From assembly GCF_036971445.1 (NCBI RefSeq), contig NC_091476.1:178188001-178252000 (forward strand): DNA of 64,000 nt, given 5' to 3'. Numbering within the stretch: the first letter of the stretch is position 1; every line of letters starts with the position of its first letter. This document shows, in pieces, positions 38,880 through 53,100 of this stretch. Under the pieces are notes generated by a model. The model was not told where the DNA came from. It ran no database searches and saw only the letters and a list, made by a program, of their open reading frames with translations. A program made the translations under genes and the position numbers. The stretch comes from Narcine bancroftii (Eukaryota).

Positions 38880-41800
38880 GTAATGCAGTAATCACCATTG
38901 GGTGAGATATCTACAAGTGGTATCCACCATACAGAACGAAATGATAATTGCGTAAAGATTACATCTTTGAGGTCTGTGGTTTGCTCAAGCCTACACTGGA
39001 ATTGTCTCACACACTGCATTCAATAGTGAAGGGTTGGCATCCACAGAACAGATGTTTTAGTTCTGCATTTAAAACTTATAAGTGTGGAAAACCTTGTGCT
39101 TTATAATCAGTAAAATATTTTATTGCAACTTTTCTTAAATGGACAGCTTTTTAGGAGCTTGCAATTTTGCTAAAAATAAAGATTTCATGATACTAAGAAT
39201 TATATGTGGTTCTGTTCACACTTGTATTTTCCTGGTGTTCCTCTCCTTGTGCCTGAGATGCAGACTAACTGAATGATAATTGAGCAGAATGTTGATGACA
39301 ACCCATGTTACTCTCCCATTAATCTCCATCTTTACTACATTTTATCTTGAACACTCTGAAACAGGTTCAAGAAATGTTTGACTTGTCAATATAAAAATCT
39401 GTTTGGTCATGGAGTAAATCACAAAATTCTGTAGACACCATGGTTGAAGTAAAAACACAAAATGCTGGAGATACTCAGCAGGTTGAACAGTGTCCTTTAT
39501 GTAGCAATGGCAAAGATACATAACTAACATTTTGGGCTTGAACCCTTCATCAAATTAGTTATGGAGTCAGAGAGTTGCACAGCCCAGAAACAGGCCCTTC
39601 AGCCCACCACCTCCATGCTGACCTTTCAGTCCATTTACACTAATCTTGTGTGCCTACACTTGGACTATATGCCATGCCTATTTAAGTGTCTGACTAAATG
39701 CCTCTTAAACATAATTTCAATTAAAAGTTATTCAGAGGGGCTAGTAAAAAAAATTTTAGAGTCAAACATGAGGAGGTACATCTAAAGATTGGAGAGATTA
39801 CTTGGATATGCTGAGCAGATGAAATTTGGAAATATTTTCTGATAATGGAAATTGATGTTGGATGGGTAACTGGGAGAGGATATTCAGTTGAAGGTGCTGC
39901 TCTAGCTGTTTGAAGAAGCTGTCTAATTTGCCCCATTCATCACCATGTTCTTCATAGCCTTATGATGTTTCCTATATCAGTATGTGCTCCTTATCCTATT
40001 AAAAGCTACTATTGAATCTGATTCCATCATCCTCAGATTACATTAAGCTGCTTGGCCTTTTTTTTAAGAAATTCCACCTCATTTCTCTTTCTCAACTCTT
40101 GGCTTTATTGGTCATGAACCCTGCTGCCAATAAAGTTTCTCTTTATTATCTCCAATTAAAATCCTAATAATATTGAAATTTTAAAATTATTAAAATTGAA
40201 TTGAAAATGAGGTGTCAAGGTTCTGTGGAACGCCACTTACCATCTGTGTTATCTCCCAGTTCTGTGATTGGATAAACCATTCTCCATAAGCATGCATTGG
40301 GCTCTGCTTTCCTCTAGACGGCAAAACACCTGGCATTGCATCCCGATAATACCTTTTGCCCTTTGTACTCCATATTACATGGAATGGGTTTCTCTGAGCA
40401 GAGAATTATACAACACAGGCCATCTTGTCTATACTGGCCTTACGCAATCTGGTGATTTGTATGGTTCCACTCAGATGAAATTATTTTTGCTGAAGGACTT
40501 TCCTGCACACCTAATTCAAAATCTACAGTGTTTCCCAATATCTGTCCACAGCCTCAGTTAAGATGGGGCATTCACTGCTCCAGGATGTGACATTAAAGAG
40601 GGACTTTGGCTGGCTTCAGCTGAGAAGTTGGGTGCCTGTCCATAAATTTGTCTATGTGTCCAGTAAAAGTACACAGAAAGAAGGCTGCTATTCCAAGTTA
40701 AATGGCCCTGTGCATTTTAAGTCATCCCCTTCACTCTTCCAACTAGTTTCCACCAGAGAAAGCACCTTTAAAATTACCTGCTTATGTTTATTCCCTGTCA
40801 AAAGATCACTTTCCTCACTTGTGTAAAAGTGGGAGTATAGGAAGTAAAATCTGACAATTCTATCATTGAGAGGAAATTCATTCCCATAGTCATAGACCAT
40901 GAAACTTTGGCACAACTCATCCATGTAAACCAAGTTACCCATCTGACTGAGTTGGTCCCATTTCCCTGAATTAAGCCTATATCCCTCTATTATTTATCTT
41001 TTATATCATTATGATTAAGCTTCAAACAAAACATTTAATCTCTATTACATTGGCTTCCTGAGCCACTCTGCTGACTGCTTCATGTATAGAACCTTCTCTG
41101 TTGGCTAATCTCTCCACTTGCGCAGTTCATGCTTAGGGCTTTTCAATTAAAATTTAATACATGTAAAATTGGAGACTAGAAGATTGTGAAAATTTTAAAA
41201 GGCATCCAAAAATTAATTAATAAGCAAGAAAGAAAGAGAATATATGTTTACGTAAGTAAACTAGCACTGCATTTATGAACAGATCGTAAAGGATTTTAGA
41301 AATGTATAAAGAGGTAAGAGTGGCTGAAGTAAATATAGGCCCCTCAAATGATGAGAAGCAACAATTAAAAATGGTTAGTGCTAAAATGGCGAAGGTCTTG
41401 AACAAATATTCTGTGTCAGTCTTCACAGTGGAAGACGTAGATAATGTGCTAAAGATTAATGTTAAGCATTCGATGGGACGTGAGGACCTCAGCATTATGA
41501 AAGAGATCGTGCTGAGGCTCAGAAAGGAAGTGACCGTGATGAGAGACTCACTAGTCAAAGGGACTGACAGGACATTCTGGGACCAAGAACAAGATGGTAT
41601 GTTGCCTCCCGGGTGCCTGGGTCAGGTCTGTCCACAGCACACTGAAAAGGGAGCATGAGCAGCCAGAAGCAACCAATGGTATGGGTAGGAAATGGGATGA
41701 GGTCCTGCAAAATGGAAATAGGGGGTTAGAACATAGTTGGAAAAGCAGAATCTCCAAGGTGTTCATCTCTGGTTTACTACCACTGACAGAAGGAATAGGA

Positions 41801-41897
41801 GAATGGCACTTGTGTAATGTGGCTGGGTAGAAGAGAGTTGAAAGTGGTTAGTTTGCAAGAATATTTTTCAAATATTAACACTTTTTTTAAATTTCAG

Positions 41898-42059
41898 GCA
41901 AATCCTGTGGTGTCCCAGGTGAGTCTTTTGTCGCAGAATGTCATGCTGCTGAGGTCTCCTGTCCTGCCCCAAACCTCTGCTGTAGACCCATTTACCCTTC
42001 TACAGACTGCATGCCAGCCAGAATTGGGCTTCATGGAGGAAGATGTCACCACACCTAAG
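41898..42059 (+). CDS. SIK2: SIK2 coding exon (exon 9 equivalent)
   Basis: ttcag|GCA AAT...CCT AAG|gtttgt; 162 nt, phase 0-0; ANPVVSQVSLLSQNVMLLRSPVLPQ...FMEEDVTTPK resembles the human segment ending FMEEECVDTPK. Confidence 0.88.
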
Positions 42060-42895
42060 GTTTGTCATTGGGCTATTAATTTGTGTCTGTGCCTGAAGGC
42101 CAAAGATAGAAGAATTACAGTGCTGCTTTTTGCCATTTAGTCCTACCTGCTGAGAAACAAATGTTGTTCCTGTGATCATAGCCCTCTGGTCAAAGCACTT
42201 AGATCTAACCTTTATAATGGTGCTGGCCTGTATAATGACTGACCTATACATTGACTGAGTAGCACAGTTAGCATTTAATGCAACTCCATACAGCACCAGT
42301 GGCCGGAATGGAATCCAGCACTGTCTGTGAGGAGTTTCTACATTCTCCTGTGTCTAGGTGAGTGTCCTCCGGATACTTTGGTTTCCTTCCACCCTTTAAA
42401 AACATATGAGGATTGTAGTTTAATTAGGATATTTGGATGGCACGGGCTCGTGGGCCTGCTACAGTGCGGTATATCTAATTTTGTTTAATTAAAAAATTCT
42501 CTCCATAGATGCTGCCTGAAATGTGAGTCTCTCTTACTTCTCTTTGTTCAATGACCAGCCCAGCAACTGCAATTCTTGTGTTTCTTTACTCACAGATCAA
42601 AGCACTTTCCGCTCCACACTCAAATGTGGTTCACGTCATTCCAGTATGGACTACATTGGTGTGTTATAGCAAGGGAAAGTTGTCAGAGGACCTTGGTTTT
42701 GTAACTGTGTGCAAGGCTGTCCTCTCGTTGATTCAGTTTCTGGGTCAGTGATGACTTTGAGCTCAGCCTCCTGAATGTGCAGATAACAAGCATGTTTTAC
42801 ATTATTCCTGAAGAATATATCCACTCCAGTGGGAAGTTGTTTAGCGATAAGGCTAAGTATTGCAGAAAGAAACATAAAGAATTGTCAGGATAGAG

Positions 42896-44269
42896 GAGTC
42901 ACGTGATGGAGTAGTGGCCGGTCAGGGAATTCCAGCCCTCTCCGGAAAAGTTGAAAAAAAACGCACAAAACACAAAGGTACAAGAATAAAAATTAAAACA
43001 AAGTAAAAGTAAAGGTGAGAAGAAAATGGCAGCGAAGAGATAAAAGTCGAAAGCAATGGGAAGAAGAGAAGATGAAAGAATGTCAGAAGAAGAAGGTTAA
43101 GGCCTTACCTGTCCGAGGAGGCCCGCCGCGGAGAGAGAAGCTCGCTCCCTAAGGTCGGTGGAAGTCCCAGGTTCGGGACTACAAAAATGGCTCGCGGAGC
43201 CGAGTAAAAGTGCGCCACCGCGCATGCGCATGAAAAAAAAAACACACTGACGGGAGGGGGGAACAGCTGAGGAGTCGATCTCCACAGCTGAGAGTGACAG
43301 CTACAACACAGCAACAGGAAGAGAACATAGAAAATAACGAGAACAAGAAAGAAGAGAGCAAAAAGAAAACAAGGAAACAACAGATGGCCAACCCAGAGGA
43401 AGAAGAAGAAGAACATAGAGAAATGGAAGAAGAAGGGAAAGGCAGGACAATGGATATTTTTTTTTAAAGAATATATGGAATCAGTAAAAGAATGGCAATT
43501 ACAAGAATTTAATGAGATAAAAAGAAGAATTAAGAGTGCAGAAGAAAAAATGAATAAAATAGAAATGGTCATATCAGAGATAGGAAAAAGAGTGGATAAT
43601 GTGGAAGAAAGAGAAATAATCGTAGAAATGGAAGTAGAGGACTTAAAAGAGAAATTAGAAGGATCTAATAAAAAAGTTAAAGAGGCACATGAGCTGTTAG
43701 CTCAGAAGATAGATATAATGGAAAACTATAATAGAAGAAATAATATAAAGATGAAGAAGGCAAGAATATGAGAGAATTTATAAAAGATTGGATCCCCAGG
43801 GTCCTAGGAAGACCAGAATTACAGGAAGAAATGGAAATTGAGAGGGCACATAGAACACTAGCCCCGAAACCACAACCGCAACAAAAACCAAGATCCATTT
43901 TAGTAAAATTTTTAAGATATATAACAAGAGAAAATATATTGGAGAAAGCAATGAAGAAAATAAGAGAAGACAAAAAGCCACTGGAGTACAAAGGTCAAAA
44001 AATATTTTTCTGTCCAGACATAAGTTTTGAACTCCTGAAGAAGAGGAAGGAGTTCAATACAGCAAAAACGATCCTATGGAAAAAAGGATATAAATTTATG
44101 CTAAAGTACCCAGCGGTACTTAAAATAGTTATTCCAGGGCAACAAAACAGACTATTCTCGGATCCAGAGGAAGCACGAAAATTTGCAGAACAACTACAAA
44201 ACAAGCAAAGAGATGAAGACATGTAATGAGAGTAAAAATTACCACGAACTATATGTATGTGTTTATATG

Positions 44270-44303
<34 letters not shown>

Positions 44304-47300
44304 TGTGTGTGTATATATACATATATATGTGTATACATGAGTGTATCCGTATTTAGAGGAAAATATATAATAGATAAGAATTAATAAGGGAATGAAAGGG
44401 AATAGAGGAAATAAGGAGGGAATTAAAAGAGTGGCCTTTGTTATATTTGAAAATTGAAATCTTTTCCGGGGGGGGCTGGGTGGGGAGGAGTTACGGTCAC
44501 TGCAAAATTCGCTTGCGAATGAATTCGCAAATCCAAATGGAGAGGGGAGATGTGGTTGCCCGACAAGGGATAAAGGGCAACTCAGGAGGGGGAGGGGAGA
44601 ATGGGGTTAAAGAAGTTTTAAATAGGAGAATAAGGAAAATGTTTCATGTTTTAGAAATGTTGTCTTATAAAGTGTTCAAAACAAGAAAGCAGAAATGGAT
44701 AAGAAGGAAAGGTGATGATGAGGAAACGGAAGGGGAAGATAAACAAAGTATGAAATGGCTACGTTGAACTATATGACTTTAAATATTAAAGGAAACATAA
44801 CCAAATCAAAAGGAAGAAACTGCTAAATTTACTGAAAAAAGAAAAAATTGATATAGCATTCGTGCAAGAAACACATTTAACTGAAATGGAACATAAGAAA
44901 TTAAAGAGAGATTGGGTAAGACATGTAACAGCAGCGTCATATAATTCAAAAGCAAGAGGAGTAGCTATATTAATCAGTAAAAATGTACCAATTAAAATAG
45001 AAGAGGAAATAATAGATCCAGCAGGGAGATATGTAATGATAAAATGTCAGATATATTCGGAGTTTTGGAATCTACTCAAAGTATATTCACCTAACGAAGA
45101 AGATCAAAAGTTTATGCAAGATATTTTTTTGAAGATAGCAGACACGCAAGGGAACATATTAATAGGAGGGGATTTCAACCTTAATTTGGATTCAAATATG
45201 GATAAAACTGGGAAAAAAATTAACAGAAAGAACAAAGTAACCAAATTTATAATTAAATCGATGGAAGAAATGCAACTTTTGTATATTTGGAGGAAACAAC
45301 ACCCAAAGGAAAAGGAATATTCATATTATTTGGGTAGACATAAAACATACTCAAGAATAGACCTATTTCTGTTATCAGCTCGTATGCAAGATAGAGTAAG
45401 AAAAACAGAATATAAAGCTAGAATATTATCGGACCATTCACCCTTGATATTGACAATAGAGTTAGAGGACATCCCTCCAAGAATGTATAGATGGAGATTA
45501 AACTCCATGCTACTTAAAAGGCAGGATTTTAGAGAATTAATTGAAAGACAAATTAAAATGTACTTTGAAATAAATACGGAATCAGTGAAAGATAAATTTA
45601 TACTATGGGACGCAATGAAAGTGTTCATCAGAGGGCAAATAATAAGTTATGTAACCAAGATGAAGGACTACAATCAGGAAACAGAGCAGTTGGAAAGGGA
45701 AATAGTAAATATAGAAAAAGAATTAGCAATGAAGGAAGACACAACTAAAAGAAGAGAATTGGCAGATAAAAAAATAAAACATGAAACACTACAAACATAT
45801 AAGGAGGAGAAGAACATAATGAAGACAAAACAGAAATATTATGAACTAGGGGAAAAAACGCACAAAATTCTAGCATGGCAGCTTAAGACAGAACAAGCTA
45901 AGAAAATGGTATTGGCATCAAGGAAAAAAGACAAACAAATCACATATAATCCAAAGGAGATCAAGGAAATCTTTAGAGAATTCTATGAACAATTATACCA
46001 AACTGAAAACGAAGGGAAAGATGGGAAAATAGATGAATTTCTAACTAAAATTGAACTACCAAAAATACAAATAGAGGAACAAAATAAATTAACAGAACCA
46101 TTTGAAATAGTAGAAATACAAGAGATAATAAAAATACTTCCGAATAATAAAACACCAGGAGAGGATGGATTCCCAATAGAATTCTATAAAACATTTAAAG
46201 ATTTATTAATTCCTCCCCTCCTGGAAGTAATCAACCAGATTGACAAAACACAAAGCTTACCAGATTCATGTAAAACAGCAATAATTACAGTAATGCCAAA
46301 GCAAGGGAAAGATCCACTCGCACCAGCGTCATATAGACCAATATCATTACTTAACACATTTTATAAGATAATAGCTAAACTATTAGCAAACAGATTAGCA
46401 GATTATGTACCTAAAATGGTAAATCTAGACCAAACTGGATTTATTAAAAAAAGACAGACAACAGACAATATTTGTAAATTTATTAACTTAATTCATGCAG
46501 TAGAAGGGAGTAAAGCGCCAACAGTGGTTGTTGCTTTAGACGCAGAGAAGGCCTTTGACAGAGTAGAATGGAATTATTTATTCAAAGTACTACAAAAATT
46601 CAGTTTACCAGAGAAATATATTAATTGGATTAAAGCATTATATAAGGGGCCATTGGCGAAAGTGACAGTAAATGGATATATATCAAAACAATTTAAATTA
46701 AGCAGATCAACAAGGCAGGGATGCCCACTATCGCCCTTATTGTTCGCGTTAGCCATAGAACCACTAGCAGGACTGATAAGAACAGAAAAGAAAATAAAAG
46801 GGATAAAAATAAAAGACAAGGAATATAAAATCAGTTTATTTGCAGATGACGTTATAGTATACTTAACAGAACCAGAATTATCAATAAAAGAATTATATAA
46901 GAAATTGAAGGAATATGGAGAAGTGTCAGGTTACAAGATTAACGCAAATAAAAGTGAAGCAATGCCAATGAATAATGCGGATTTCTCAAAATTTAAGAAG
47001 GAATCACCTTTCAGATGGCAAATGCAAGCAATAAAATACCTAGGTATACAAATAAATAAAAACCTCGGCCATCTATATAAACTCAATTATTATCCACTAA
47101 TGAAAAAATTACAGGATGATTTAGAGCATTGGTAAGATTTACCACTAACACTAATAGGAAGGATAAACTGTATTAAAATGAACATTTTTCCAAGGATACA
47201 ATACCTATTTCAGGCATTGCCAATACACTTGACAGAGAAATTCTTCAAGGAGTTAAAGAAAATAAGAAGGAAATTTTTATGGAAAGGGGGGAAACCGAGG

Positions 47301-47645
47301 ATAGCACTAGATAAATTAACAGAATGGTATAAACAAGGAGGCTTACAACTGCCAAACTTTAAAAATTATTATAGAGCCGCACAATTAAGATACCTATCAG
47401 AAAAAATAACATATAATTTAAGAAATAATATTGAAATATTTGAACAAATATGGGAGCCATACATGGAACACAATAGAGAAAACCTACCGGGGTCAACTAC
47501 CACCTAAAATAACAAAAGGAGAAGGAAATGAAAAGAATTGACTCAGTGAATTTCTTGTTTATTTTTGAGTGACAACATTGTTTGACTGGTTTAATGTATC
47601 TTAGATTTTGTACTTTAAATGAATTGGGGGGGGGGGGTAGAATTT
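42896..47645 (+). mobile_element. L1, 5'-intact and near full-length; disabled ORF1/ORF2, internal deletion, no poly(A)
   Basis: ORF1 43026-44226 frameshifted; ORF2 from ATG 44755 with APE motifs (QETH, GGDFN, SRIDLF, SDH) and RT motifs (QGCPLSP, FADD); stop at 47133; flanking repeat gaattgtcaggatagag at 42879-42895 and 47646-47662. Confidence 0.95.
44272..44335. repeat. (TA)n/(TG)n microsatellite in the L1 inter-ORF spacer
   Basis: Directly visible. Confidence 0.95.
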
Positions 47646-49707
47646 GAATTGTCAGGATAGAGACTCAGCTGTGTTTGACACAGATCTGCCCTTCAATTGA
47701 CTTTATTTGTAGACCAGTTGAATAATTAGTGCCATGTTATTATGAAGCAAACATAACATTTTTTGCTCTCCAGCTATCAATGTCCTAGGAAACAGGAGGT
47801 ACTTTACATCTCCCAGGACCTACTTCTTGACAAATCTTGGCACTGAAGTTGAAGTTTACGGTCACATTCAGGAGCACAGACTTCAGGCCGTCTGTTTAGA
47901 GTTTGCACATCCCCCTGTGGCCATGTGGATTTCCTCTGGGTGCTCATGGAATCATTACACCAGACAGCATTGAACATATGCTTCAGCCCAACTGATCCAT
48001 GCTAACCAAGTTGTAATTCTGGGCTAGTCCCACATGCTTACATCTGGCTCATATGCATCTAAACACTTCCTATCCATCTTTCTGTCCAAATGTCTCTGAA
48101 ATTTGTAAATTTACCCATTTCTATGCCTTCTTCTAGCAGCTCATTCCAGATACAGACCACCCTCTGAGTAGAAAATGTTTTTCTTTAGGTCCTCTTGCTT
48201 CTCCCCTTTCACTTGTTCGAGAATCACCCTGAGAACGAGTCTGTGAGCATTATCTATGTTCCTCATGATCTTATAATATTCTATGCTCTAGTGAATGAAT
48301 ACCAAGTTCTCCTTATACTGTAACTCAAACCCTAAAGTCCCAGTTAAATACTGGTTGATCTCTTCTGCACCTTTTCCAACCCACATCACAAAGACATTTG
48401 GGTTAGATGGCTAAATGACCATTGCAAGTTAACTTTGTATCAATCAGAATCACAGCTGAAGTGGGGTAAATGGTCATGTGAGAGAGAAATAGATGAGGAA
48501 ATAGGATTGCTGTGATAGGTGGGATAGATTTGATGGGTCAAATAGCTTCCTATATTGTGAAGATATAAGACAAGTATGTGTAAATGATCAAAGAATACTA
48601 TTTTGAAGAGAAATGGAGTTAGTCCTGTTGTCCCAGAAAATATTTATAGCTCAATTATCAATACAGTACTAAGGAACAGATTCTGAAGTCATTATTACGT
48701 TGCTGCATGTGGCAGCATGATAATGGAAGGTTCCAAATGTTAAACAGTGGCTACTTCCTACTATTGATTGTATAGTATCTTGGAATGTGAAAACAATGTG
48801 GAAAATGCAGTAGAAATAAAAACCTATTCTTCATACAGTTGTCACTCAGACCAAAAATAAAAGCATTTGGTATTTAACTGACAGAAAATGAGCAACACAC
48901 AATTCAAGTTTAAATTAATATTGTGGTGATATTTGAGAATGGCAAAAGAGAAAGCTCCTTCAATGGATGCTTGACAGTTGTTAACGTAGTGCCTTTATAG
49001 CACCAGCAAATAGGACTAGGGTTCGAATCCTGTGCTATCTGTAAGGAGTTTGTATGTTCTCCCCACGTCTGTGTGGGTTTTCTACAGGGACTCCAGTTTC
49101 CTCCCACCATTCAAATCATACCAGGGTTGTAGATAAATTGGGCGGCACAGGCTCATGGGCCGAAATGACCTGTTAGCGTGCTGCATGTCTAAAAAATGGA
49201 ACAAAGGGTGTTGATTTTTAACCCTCCTTGCCCTGTAACAGGTGAAAAGCTGTTTAAAAGTAACCAGTGACCTGCTCACTGATAACAACAGCTGCTAAGT
49301 ATGACAGAATTGGACAGAATTTTGTCAGTGCATCAAGGAGAAGTTTTTGTGCCGTTATAGAGAAGGGGTGGTGCTAGACGATGATACTTTATATCTCAAC
49401 ATTAGAAGGAGAAGAGAGAATATGCAACAAAGAGAAGGAAACTGCTCTGTTGGAAGTTGTGACCAGAGTAGTCACTGCTTCACTTATGAGGAAATGACTC
49501 AGACACAACATCAGAATTCAGGAAGTGTGTTTGGTATTTCCAGATTCTTCTGACTGAGCATGTTTCCTGAATGGCAGGATTTTTCTCTGTCCATTGAGAA
49601 CAAGTCAGAACATTTTATTATGACATTCTGACTTTTGTAGTGACTTCACTATTATTCCTCAACAGAGTAACATTCATTACTTTACACCTCTGCTTTTATT
49701 CCACTGT

Positions 49708-49880
49708 CTTTCTTTGGCTTGGCTTCGCGGACGAAGATTTATGGAGGGGGTAAAAAGTCCACGTCAGCTGCAGGCTCGTTTGTGGCTGACAAGTCCGATG
49801 CGGGACAGGCAGACACGGTTGCAGCGGTTGCAGGGGAAAATTGGTGGGTTGGGGTTGGGTGTTGGGTCACGGTGGCCAGT
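49708..49880 (-). mobile_element. Short RTE 3' end with an internal jump
   Basis: Matches the RTE 3' terminus; TSD tccactgt at 49700-49707 and 49888-49895. Confidence 0.88.
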
Positions 49881-50109
49881 GTAGAATCCACTGTAGAATC
49901 ATCTTTATCACGAACTAACTTTTTACTGAACTATTGCGACGCCAATAATTAACGGCTTGCTGCATGGTTAGAGTAGCAGTTAATTCAACACTGTAACAGC
50001 ACCGGCAATCCAGCACTGGCTCTAAGGAGTTTGTACTTTCTTCCAAAGTTCAAAAAAAGAGGAATTTGTAGGCTAATCAGGTGTATTTGAACGGCATGGA
50101 CTTGTGGGC

Positions 50110-53100
50110 ATGCAAAATCAGCGTCCAGGAGCTGTGGGAGCACACGTTGTTTAGGGGTTCCATGCCAGCTAGTAGCAACAGGTTTCTTGCCAGTGATACT
50201 GTGTCGAAGTTGCTGAAGGACATCCAGGTCAGAGTTGGTTGCAAAATGAATATCCCCTGCAACTGTAAGTACCGTGCCATAAACCATCTCTGCAGATGAT
50301 GCAGACAAATCTTCCTTTGGGGCTGTACGAACTCTCAGTAGAACCCATTGCAACTCATCGACCCAATTGGGAGCGGTGAGTCGGGCCTTAAGTGCGGACT
50401 TTAGTTGCCGGTGGAAACATTCCACAAAGATGGTATGCGTGGTGGGGTGCAGGTGTGAGCCACAAAACCACGCAAAGGCAGACCATAATGCAGAGGTGAA
50501 TTGTGCTCTGCGATCTGAAGTTATGTGCATTGGGACACCAAATCTAGTGATCCAATTGAGGATGAATGCCCCAGCACATGTTTCAGTGTCACTGGATGGC
50601 AACGGGATGGCCTCTAGCCAGTGCGTGGAACGGTCCACCACTGTTAAAATGTATCTCATGTTTTGAGATACTGGCAATGGCCCGACCAGGTCCACATGCA
50701 CGTGTTCAAATCTGTCTACCACTGGAAAAGTCTGAAGAGGTACCTTGGTGTGCTGCTAGATTTTGGCAGTCTGGCAGAAGGCGCATGTACGTGCCCATTG
50801 AGCGATATCTTTTCTTAGTCCATGCCATACGTATTTATTTGACATGAGCTTGACTGACATTCTGATGGACGGATGAGACAAGCCGTGTATCTGGTCAAAA
50901 AGGCGTCGCCTCCATGATGCCGGAATCAATGGTCTAGGGTAGCCCAAAGACACGTCACAAAGAAGGGTTGGGCCGCCGTGTTGTGCTGCCACCCGTTGTA
51001 TGTCCAGGTTATGCCTGAACATTAGGGTCTATGGCCTGCGCACTGGCCAATTCAGAAATATCAATTCCACCCTGAAAGTGACATACAGTCAGTCTGGACA
51101 CCATATCTGTGACAAGATTGTCTTTCCCTGAAACATGGCGCAATTCTGAAACCTATGATAAGTGACGCTGCTGACTTGCTGACCATGGATCCATTATTTT
51201 GCTGAAGGCAAAAATGAGTGGCTTATGATCCATAAAGTGCCTTGTGGCTAGGTACAATGCCAACAGCTCCCGATCAAATGTACTATATTTCACTTCCGCT
51301 GGCCTTAAATGCCTGCTGAAGAAAGCGAGAGGTTGATATTGGCCATTGACGTACTGTTCGAGAACCACACCCACAGCCGTACTCAAGACGTCAGTGCCAA
51401 GTCCCAAGGTAGCCGCCGGGTTGGGATGGGCGAGCATTGGTGCTTTGGCAGTCGTAAACACAACCTCCACCTCTGATGCCCAGATCACATTTCTGCGCTT
51501 GGTGGAGAGGATCTAGAACAGTGGCCAAAGAATGTGAGCAGCTGCAGGAATAAACCGGTGATAGAAGCTTATCATGCCCAGAAATTTCTGCAGTCCTTTA
51601 ACCGTGGTAGGTTTGGAAAAAGCACGGACTGCGTCTACCTTGCTGGATAAGGGAAATATACCGTCGGCTATGATCTTGTGTCCTAGGAAGTCGATGGTGG
51701 ATCGTTAAATTGACATTTGCTAGGGTTGACGGTAAGACTGAATTCTTCTAGCCATTGGAAAAGGTGGCACAAATGCAGGTGGTGATCTTGCTTAGTTTGA
51801 CTGGCTGTGAGGGTATCATCCAAATAAATGTATGCAAACTTCAAATCCCTGCCTAAAGCATCCATCAGCTGCTGGAAGGTTTGAGCAGCATTTTTCAATC
51901 CAAACGGCATTCTAAGAAATTCAAAAAGCCCGAAAGGGGTAATAATTGCTGTTTTAGGAATATCATCCTTATGGATAGGTATCTGATGATATCCCTTGAC
52001 CAGGTCAACCTTGGAAAAAATGTGGCAATGGTGTAAATGGGCAGTGAAATCCTGTATATGAAGAATCGGGTACCTGTCGGGTGTAGTAATATCATGAAGC
52101 CTATGGTAATCACCACAGGGTCTCCATCCACCTGTTTTCTTGGGTACCATGTGTAATGGTGATGCCCAAGGACTGTTGGAGTGTTGAATGATACCCAACT
52201 CCTCTATTGCCGTAAACTCCGCCTTTGCCTGCAGCAGTTTATCAGGTGGAAGATGATAAGCTCTGGCATGAATCAGTGGGCCTGAAGTGTCTCTGTAATG
52301 AGATACACCATGGGCTGTTTTTGAGGCATTGAAATTAGGAGTAAGAATACAGGGAAATTCGTTGAGCAGGGCAGTATAGGTATCCTTGTGCAGTGTATGT
52401 ACCCTGAACTTGAGCTGGGAAACCCTCCCTTTGCTGCATGCCAATGGATATGTCTGAAAAGTGGTGGCATGAACCAATTTCTTCCGTTTCACGTCCACCA
52501 GTAAGTCATGGGATAGTAAAAAAATCCACACCCAAAATTGGCTGAGCAACAGAAGCTAAGACACAATTCCAATGAATGTGGTCCCTCCTATTCCAATTGA
52601 GATCCGTCTCGTGCCGAAGCTGGGAATGGTAGTTCCATTCGCCGCTCGAAGAGCCAGGTGTTGTCATTTATGCGTTCTTTCAAAATAGGTAAGTGGGAGT
52701 AAACTGACCTCAGCATCTGTGTCTCCAAGAAACTTGTTCTTACCCACGTCGTCTTGAAGATTCAATAGGCCAGAATTTGCACCAGCTGCCGAGGCCTACT
52801 GGCAGCTGGCTCTTTTTGTTTCCCGCCTTTTTCCTGTAATAGGTACATGGCAGGACACATTTATGGGCATTTTTTCCCCAACAGCGGTGGTAAAAACACC
52901 AATCAAGACAAATGTCAGCACGTTCCTCCTCCTTTGATTGAGCTGCAGATACAGGAGGCTCGTAGGACGCGGGAAATATATCTGCTGCCAAAACAGGCTG
53001 TATTTGAGCAGACTCTTGTGTAGGAGTATGATAGAGCCTGTCAGCCTCCCGTGCTATGTCATGGGGACGGCAGAAATCCATGTTAGCAATGGGTATGGCG

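Noticed and set aside
44862-47135. Active L1 ORF2
   Set aside because: Frameshift near the start, premature TAA at 47133 and loss of the C-terminal domain.
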